Virus record (IMG/VR): IMGVR_UViG_3300017917_002814 | Location: 1-64,000 of that record | From: a virus | Direction: 5' to 3' (one strand) | Length of the DNA stretch: 64,000 nucleotides | Translations under genes and position numbers: made by a program | Shown: in pieces, positions 58,977 through 64,000 of the stretch | Layout: each line of letters starts with the position of its first letter | How positions within the stretch are numbered: the first letter of the stretch is position 1 | Notes under the pieces: model-generated | The model's input: the letters and a program-made list of their open reading frames with translations, nothing else | Database searches by the model: none | Told to the model about the DNA's origin: nothing

Positions 58977-59505
58977 CGGAAAGCTGTGGCGTGTGTTTGA
59001 AAATGGTAAAGAATATCTGGTAGAACATTTAGACATTCGTGTGCCTATACGAGATGATGTAACTGTAGAAAACGGCGTTGAGAAATGGAATATTTACTGC
59101 GAAGGATATCTATCGATTACAAACAGTACTGCTCGAATAGAAGCCACCCCTACATTTGATTGGAGAAAACCAACAGTACAAATGCTTGGTCGTTGGCAAC
59201 CATGGCATGCAGGCCATCGTGCATTGTTTGAACGTGCAATTAAAAAAACTGGACAAGTATGTATTATGATTCGTGACTGCCAAGATTGGAATCACAGTAA
59301 TCCATTTGATGTAGAAGCAGTTAAAAATTATATTCGCGCAGATTTGGATCCTGAATATAAAGGAAGGTATGAGATTGTTATAGTGCCTAATATCGTAAAC
59401 ATCACATACGGTCGTGATGTTGGATATATCATAGAACAAGAAACTTTTGATGACGCCACACAGGCTATTAGCGCCACTGCTATAAGAAAACAAATGGGTG
59501 TATGA
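58933..59505 (+). CDS. Nucleotidyltransferase (HxGH, cytidylyltransferase-like) with a small N-terminal domain
   Basis: GRWQPWHAGH, NPF, ISATAIR. Start moved to 58933, after an AAGGA SD. Confidence 0.75.
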   Translation: MNKYHIRFNHQHNGNGKLWRVFENGKEYLVEHLDIRVPIRDDVTVENGVEKWNIYCEGYLSITNSTARIEATPTFDWRKPTVQMLGRWQPWHAGHRALFERAIKKTGQVCIMIRDCQDWNHSNPFDVEAVKNYIRADLDPEYKGRYEIVIVPNIVNITYGRDVGYIIEQETFDDATQAISATAIRKQMGV

Positions 59506-59957
59506 TGAAAGAAAAATTTAAAAATGCCTATATGCAAACCGCACAAACTTTTGCTCAACTTAGTCACGCCAAAAGATTAAAAGTAGGTTGCATCATAGTC
59601 AAAGACGATAGGATTATCTCAATTGGTTATAATGGTATGCCGGCTGGGTGGGATAACAACTGTGAAGATGAAACACTAGAATTATATTCAGGATTTGAAG
59701 GTGCTATACATCGAACCGTTTTAAAAACTAAACCAGAAGTATTGCACGCCGAGTCGAATGCTTTAGCTAAACTTGCACGGAGTAACGAATCAGGTGAAGG
59801 ATCCACATTGTTTGTTACTCACAGCCCTTGCCTTGATTGTGCCAAACTAATTTATCAATCTGGTATTAAAAAGTTGCTGTATAAAATAGCGTACCGGGAT
59901 GATTCTGGGATTGATTTTCTATGTAAGTCTGGGGTGGAAGTTGAGCAAATGCCTTAG
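59502..59957 (+). CDS. cd: dCMP deaminase
   Basis: KVGCIIV, IGYNG, HAESNA, SPCLDC zinc motifs. Confidence 0.9.
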   Translation: MMKEKFKNAYMQTAQTFAQLSHAKRLKVGCIIVKDDRIISIGYNGMPAGWDNNCEDETLELYSGFEGAIHRTVLKTKPEVLHAESNALAKLARSNESGEGSTLFVTHSPCLDCAKLIYQSGIKKLLYKIAYRDDSGIDFLCKSGVEVEQMP

Positions 59958-61134
59958 TTAGATTTTCTTCAAGCTCGTGCCAAATAGAAGATACAAATTT
60001 TTTACTAAAGAATAAATTGAAGTTATGTTCTAAAACTTCTTCCATGTCACATAACATTTCAAACAATTCATGGTTAGATAATTTACTCAGATTTTCTAAA
60101 ATTTTAACAACTAATTGCATTCGCATCAATGGATCTTGGCATTGATCATAACTTTCGTCCCACCATCTATCAAAAGTTTTAAATCCATATTCTTTAAGGT
60201 ATGCTAGATTATTGACGCAACCTAATAAAATAAAAGGTTGTTTCAATACTATAGGTTTAAAAATTTTTTCAGTTAGATGTTTCTTTTTATCCCAAAAACA
60301 AGTCTCTGTTACTATTTGAACAAAACTTTCCATAGATTGGGGTATTGGATCCACAGTAAAACTAGAATTTTTTATTGCTTTGTCTTGGCAGGAGTCAATT
60401 CGTAAAATTGGCAATAATTCAATAGCTTTTATAGTTTCATCACCTAATTCTTGAGGTAATTGGTATTTTTGAATTGCTTCAAATATAGAATTAGTTAAAT
60501 TACCATGTACAGGACATTCTTTACTAAAACTTATATGTCCATCATCTAATAATTTTTTTTCTGCTAACATAGTAACAAAAAAAGCTCTATAAATTCTAGA
60601 ATTGCCAGTAATTCTATTAAAGGTAATAAACTTTTTGTTTATAGTTCTTTGTCTAATAGGCAGTATGTTGTGAGCATATTCGTAACCTCTAAACCAATCA
60701 ACCGCCGCCAAGGCATGATAAAAATAATAACAATCGACAAAATTATATTGTTGAAGAATTTTATTTTTTTGTTCGCTGTCTTTTTCTGTGTTAAGTAATA
60801 TTGTAGGAATTTTTTTGTGGCTTTTGTTATTCAATGAATAAAAAGTTATATTTTTATCATGGTATTGACTAAAGAAAGTGTGCGATTGATTTTGATCTAA
60901 AATTTCAAACCATGTATGAGCATCATATTTGTCAAAGGTTTGCTGTGTATAGTTCAAATCTAAAGGTTCCTGGTCGTAACAAAGTAAAAAGACTTCGGGT
61001 TCGTTGATGCCAAGAAATTCTATATTTTCAAATTTAGTTGTCCCAAAAGGAAAAAAATATGCAAGTTTTATTTTTTGAACTTTACTTTTTGCATATTCTA
61101 GTATAAAATTATAATGACTGTTTATATTATACAT
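59866..61134 (-). CDS. Putative glycosyltransferase (GT10-like C-terminus), paralog family member 3
   Basis: IVTETCF...HLTEKIFKPIVLKQPFILLG...GFKTFDRWWDESYD...VLEHN. Confidence 0.5.
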   Translation of the reverse strand: MYNINSHYNFILEYAKSKVQKIKLAYFFPFGTTKFENIEFLGINEPEVFLLCYDQEPLDLNYTQQTFDKYDAHTWFEILDQNQSHTFFSQYHDKNITFYSLNNKSHKKIPTILLNTEKDSEQKNKILQQYNFVDCYYFYHALAAVDWFRGYEYAHNILPIRQRTINKKFITFNRITGNSRIYRAFFVTMLAEKKLLDDGHISFSKECPVHGNLTNSIFEAIQKYQLPQELGDETIKAIELLPILRIDSCQDKAIKNSSFTVDPIPQSMESFVQIVTETCFWDKKKHLTEKIFKPIVLKQPFILLGCVNNLAYLKEYGFKTFDRWWDESYDQCQDPLMRMQLVVKILENLSKLSNHELFEMLCDMEEVLEHNFNLFFSKKFVSSIWHELEENLTKAFAQLPPQTYIENQSQNHPGTLFYTATF

Positions 61135-62986
61135 GATTGATGTTTTTTATTGTGGGAAAAAACCCAACTTATTTGCATTTGAAAAAATAGCGGATAATTT
61201 AGAAGATGCTGCTAAAAAAAGTAGAACTGGTTTCTACTGGTATATTTATGGCAACAATGACTATACAAATTTTGATTTTGATTGGCGTCCTGCTCCGTGG
61301 GAATCAAATCAAATACACTGTTTTCCTACGCAATGGCAACGTACAGGCGGTGCATATCTAGCAAATAAAAATACTGTACAAAACAAAGAATGGCACTTTA
61401 GAACTGAGCAAAAAGTCACACGCTGCGTTGATAAATCCAAATGGATCATTCCTGCAAATATAGATGATTCTAATTTTGATTATAGTTGGCATCCAGATGA
61501 ATTGGAACCAAATTATGAATATCATTTTCCTACTGTTTGGCAACGAGATGGAGGACCAATATATCCAGGCACTGCTGGAATTAAATATGTAAACGCTCAG
61601 CACATACGAAATGGTGCTACACAAATCTTTTACATGGATTTTTTAAACGAAGGCAGCCAAAAACAATTTGTTAGGATACAACAACAATATTCCGATGCAA
61701 AAATTACCAGATACGTTGATAGTCATTTAAACGTTTTCAAACGCATTGCGAAACTAGCCACAACAGAATTTGTATGGATAATAAGCAGCTTTTGTGATTA
61801 CACAAATTTTGATTTTACGTGGCACCCTGCGTCCGAACAACTAGAAATGATACATGTGTTCCCTACATCATTTAATAAATGGTATCCTCAAAAACGAGGC
61901 GACACTTTTTATATACATGTTCCTTCATTACAAACACAATTGTATGAGTTAGAACTGCTGGATTGGTTCAATGTAATCAATTATTGCACAGATCAAGTTG
62001 TTCCTGTCACTGTACCTATTGTAGAATACAGCACTGATAGTCTAGTTCCAGTTGTAAAAGACCATGAATTTAAATTTCCATACGCGGTTTTTAAACTAGA
62101 TATATTCCCTACAGACCCGGTGTTCACTCCACCTTGTATGTGGCATTCTAAGGATCGTGTAGCCGAAGCATTGAACGACTCAGGTAGTGTTAGTGTAGTG
62201 CCTAGAGAAGCTCGAGCACATATCCAAACACAATTGTACGATTATCCCTATGTTTTGCGACGAAAAGAAGACTTTTATACAGATAAAGCCTTGGATATTG
62301 TGTATATCAGCAACGGCGAGCCCGATGCTGAGCGTTGGTACAATCATTTGATTACAGTAGCAGAAGCACAGATACCACACGGCATACAAAAAATTCACCG
62401 AGTACAAAATGTCAATGGTCGCATTGCGGCTTATCACGCTGCTGCTCGAGCAAGCAGCACAGATTGGTTCTTTGCTGTGTTTGCCAAACTAGAAGTTGTA
62501 GGCAGTTTTGATTTCGCCTGGCAGCCAGATTATTGGCAGGAGCCTAAACATTATATCTTCCATAGTAGAAATTGTTTGAACGGCCTTGAATATGGACACA
62601 TGGGCGTTATTGCCTACAATAAACGACTGGTACTGGATACCATCGAGTCTGGGTTAGACTTTACGCTTAGTCAAAAACATACTGTGGTTCCGAAATTATC
62701 AGCCATTGCATACTTCAACCAAGACCCGTGGATGACTTGGCGTACAGCTTTTAGAGAAGTATTGAAACTAAAATTGTTTACAGAAACACAGCCAACTTTA
62801 GAAACAGAACATAGATTAGATACATGGCTGACAGTTGCAAATGGTGATAATTCACAATGGTGTTTACGTGGAGCTCAAGACGCAGTTGATTACTTCTTAG
62901 AAGTATCAGGCGAATATGATAAACTTATGTTAAGTTTTGAATGGTCTTGGCTGGCTGCAAGATTTAAGACTCTATATATTGTTTAA
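61133..62986 (+). CDS. Multi-repeat glycosyltransferase-like protein
   Basis: Four FD(F/Y)xW(R/H/Q)P repeats; C-terminal domain (ISNGEP, RVQNVNG, AYHAAA, WRTAFRE) is similar to the 41822-42751 protein. Confidence 0.5.
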   Translation: MIDVFYCGKKPNLFAFEKIADNLEDAAKKSRTGFYWYIYGNNDYTNFDFDWRPAPWESNQIHCFPTQWQRTGGAYLANKNTVQNKEWHFRTEQKVTRCVDKSKWIIPANIDDSNFDYSWHPDELEPNYEYHFPTVWQRDGGPIYPGTAGIKYVNAQHIRNGATQIFYMDFLNEGSQKQFVRIQQQYSDAKITRYVDSHLNVFKRIAKLATTEFVWIISSFCDYTNFDFTWHPASEQLEMIHVFPTSFNKWYPQKRGDTFYIHVPSLQTQLYELELLDWFNVINYCTDQVVPVTVPIVEYSTDSLVPVVKDHEFKFPYAVFKLDIFPTDPVFTPPCMWHSKDRVAEALNDSGSVSVVPREARAHIQTQLYDYPYVLRRKEDFYTDKALDIVYISNGEPDAERWYNHLITVAEAQIPHGIQKIHRVQNVNGRIAAYHAAARASSTDWFFAVFAKLEVVGSFDFAWQPDYWQEPKHYIFHSRNCLNGLEYGHMGVIAYNKRLVLDTIESGLDFTLSQKHTVVPKLSAIAYFNQDPWMTWRTAFREVLKLKLFTETQPTLETEHRLDTWLTVANGDNSQWCLRGAQDAVDYFLEVSGEYDKLMLSFEWSWLAARFKTLYIV

Positions 62987-64000
62987 TTTTTTCTACAACA
63001 GTCTCTACTTCGCCATCAGTGAGTTCAGGATAAATTGGTAGACTCAAACACTCTCTAGTGAAGGCCGCAGTCTCTGTAAACAAATCTCTACTATAATCTA
63101 TATAATTGAATCCTACACCTAGATCGTATAACGCATATTCATAATTAATTTTAGTTTCAATACCGTGATATGATAGTCTGCTCATAAGGGCAGATCTATT
63201 ACTGGTTCTAATGACAAATTTGTGCCATGCATGATGCACACCTTCGTTAGGCATAAGAATATCTACATGTTGATATAATTCATTTATGTAGTAGTTGGCT
63301 ATTTCATCTCTACGACGTTGCCATGCGTCAAAATGTTCAAGTTTAATTAACATTTGAGCACAGTCTGATTCACTCATTTTACTGTTAGTTCCTGGGCTAT
63401 CGTGTACTATTTTTCCGTTGTCTCTAAGTGCTCGACAGGTTTCGTATAAATTAAAATCGTCTGTAAGAATCATTCCACCTGATCCATAGTTGTTTAAGTT
63501 TTTAGTAGGATCAAAACTCAACACACTAATAGTGCCCATTTTTCCGCTAGGCGTGCCGCGATAACTAGCACCAAAACTTTGTGCTGCATCTTCAATAACA
63601 ACCAGGTCATCATTAAAAAATTGTGTATACATGCTGAACTTGTTCCAGTCAATACAATTACCAAACAAGTTTACATACATAATGGCACCAACACTGCGAT
63701 CTAATTTGTATTGATACGAATCAAGATCAATCAATCCTTTAAAGTCTACATCGCAGAATACCGGGGTAAAACCGTTCATCACCACGCTGTTTATTGTGGC
63801 AACAAAACTTACTGTAGGAATCAAAATAGAATATGGTGGTTGGTTCATTGCTGCCAACTGGGCAAATATCAATGCCTGAGTGCCCGAATTCACGGCTACC
63901 CCATAAGCTCTATTACACCGCCTAGCTATTTTTTCTTCAAAGTGCTTGGTATATTCCCCATCAAGAACTCGCCCGGTACTGTATACTCGATCGGTTATGT
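62964..64000 (-). CDS. DegT/DnrJ/EryC1/StrS sugar aminotransferase (5' end outside the window)
   Basis: NSGTQAL, SFVAT, IEDAAQSFG, SFDPTKNL (PLP lysine), GGMI, LSLPIYP; frame is open to the window edge. Confidence 0.9.
   Translation of the reverse strand, partial: ITDRVYSTGRVLDGEYTKHFEEKIARRCNRAYGVAVNSGTQALIFAQLAAMNQPPYSILIPTVSFVATINSVVMNGFTPVFCDVDFKGLIDLDSYQYKLDRSVGAIMYVNLFGNCIDWNKFSMYTQFFNDDLVVIEDAAQSFGASYRGTPSGKMGTISVLSFDPTKNLNNYGSGGMILTDDFNLYETCRALRDNGKIVHDSPGTNSKMSESDCAQMLIKLEHFDAWQRRRDEIANYYINELYQHVDILMPNEGVHHAWHKFVIRTSNRSALMSRLSYHGIETKINYEYALYDLGVGFNYIDYSRDLFTETAAFTRECLSLPIYPELTDGEVETVVEKIKQYIES

Noticed and set aside
585-62437. Numerous 60-150 aa antisense or alternate-frame ORFs in the track
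   Set aside because: They lie within longer motif-bearing genes and look like shadow ORFs.
1-64000. CRISPR array, tRNA/rRNA genes, IS elements, integrase, diversity-generating retroelement
   Set aside because: I saw no regularly spaced direct repeats, cloverleafs, transposase, integrase or reverse transcriptase motifs; almost all sequence is coding. Checked by eye only.
39878-64000. Captured bacterial O-antigen/capsule locus
   Set aside because: There are no flippase, polymerase or other multi-pass membrane genes, and the genes are contiguous with phage tail genes and dCMP deaminase.

Overview
This 64 kb window is a low-GC, gene-dense segment of a large T4-like (jumbo-type) tailed phage genome, not a bacterial chromosome. 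Four blocks are visible. (1) 1-9313, minus strand: a GC-richer, densely base-paired non-coding element directly downstream of a Seg-like GIY-YIG gene that carries an in-frame TAA, then the gp46/gp47 (Rad50/Mre11) and gp55-like late sigma genes, interleaved with three radical-SAM and two SDR genes. (2) 9377-39530, plus strand: a baseplate/tail module (gp53-, hub-, gp5-, lysozyme-, gp25- and gp6-like genes, a 4234-aa giant protein, tail fibres and a glycine-rich adhesin), with TAAATA late-promoter motifs. (3) 39595-59505: a tightly coupled run of about 20 modification genes (glycosyltransferase-like proteins, UDP-glucose dehydrogenase, epimerase, five radical-SAM proteins, four SGNH-like proteins, carbamoyltransferase, kinase, nucleotidyltransferase) plus an unannotated 33-aa peptide. 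(4) 59502-64000: dCMP deaminase, more glycosyltransferase-like genes and a DegT-type aminotransferase cut by the window edge. The strongest novelty candidates are the 8-member radical-SAM/glycan-tailoring system next to the tail fibres and the structured RNA next to the GIY-YIG gene. All product calls come from motif recognition by eye; no database searches or folding programs were run.
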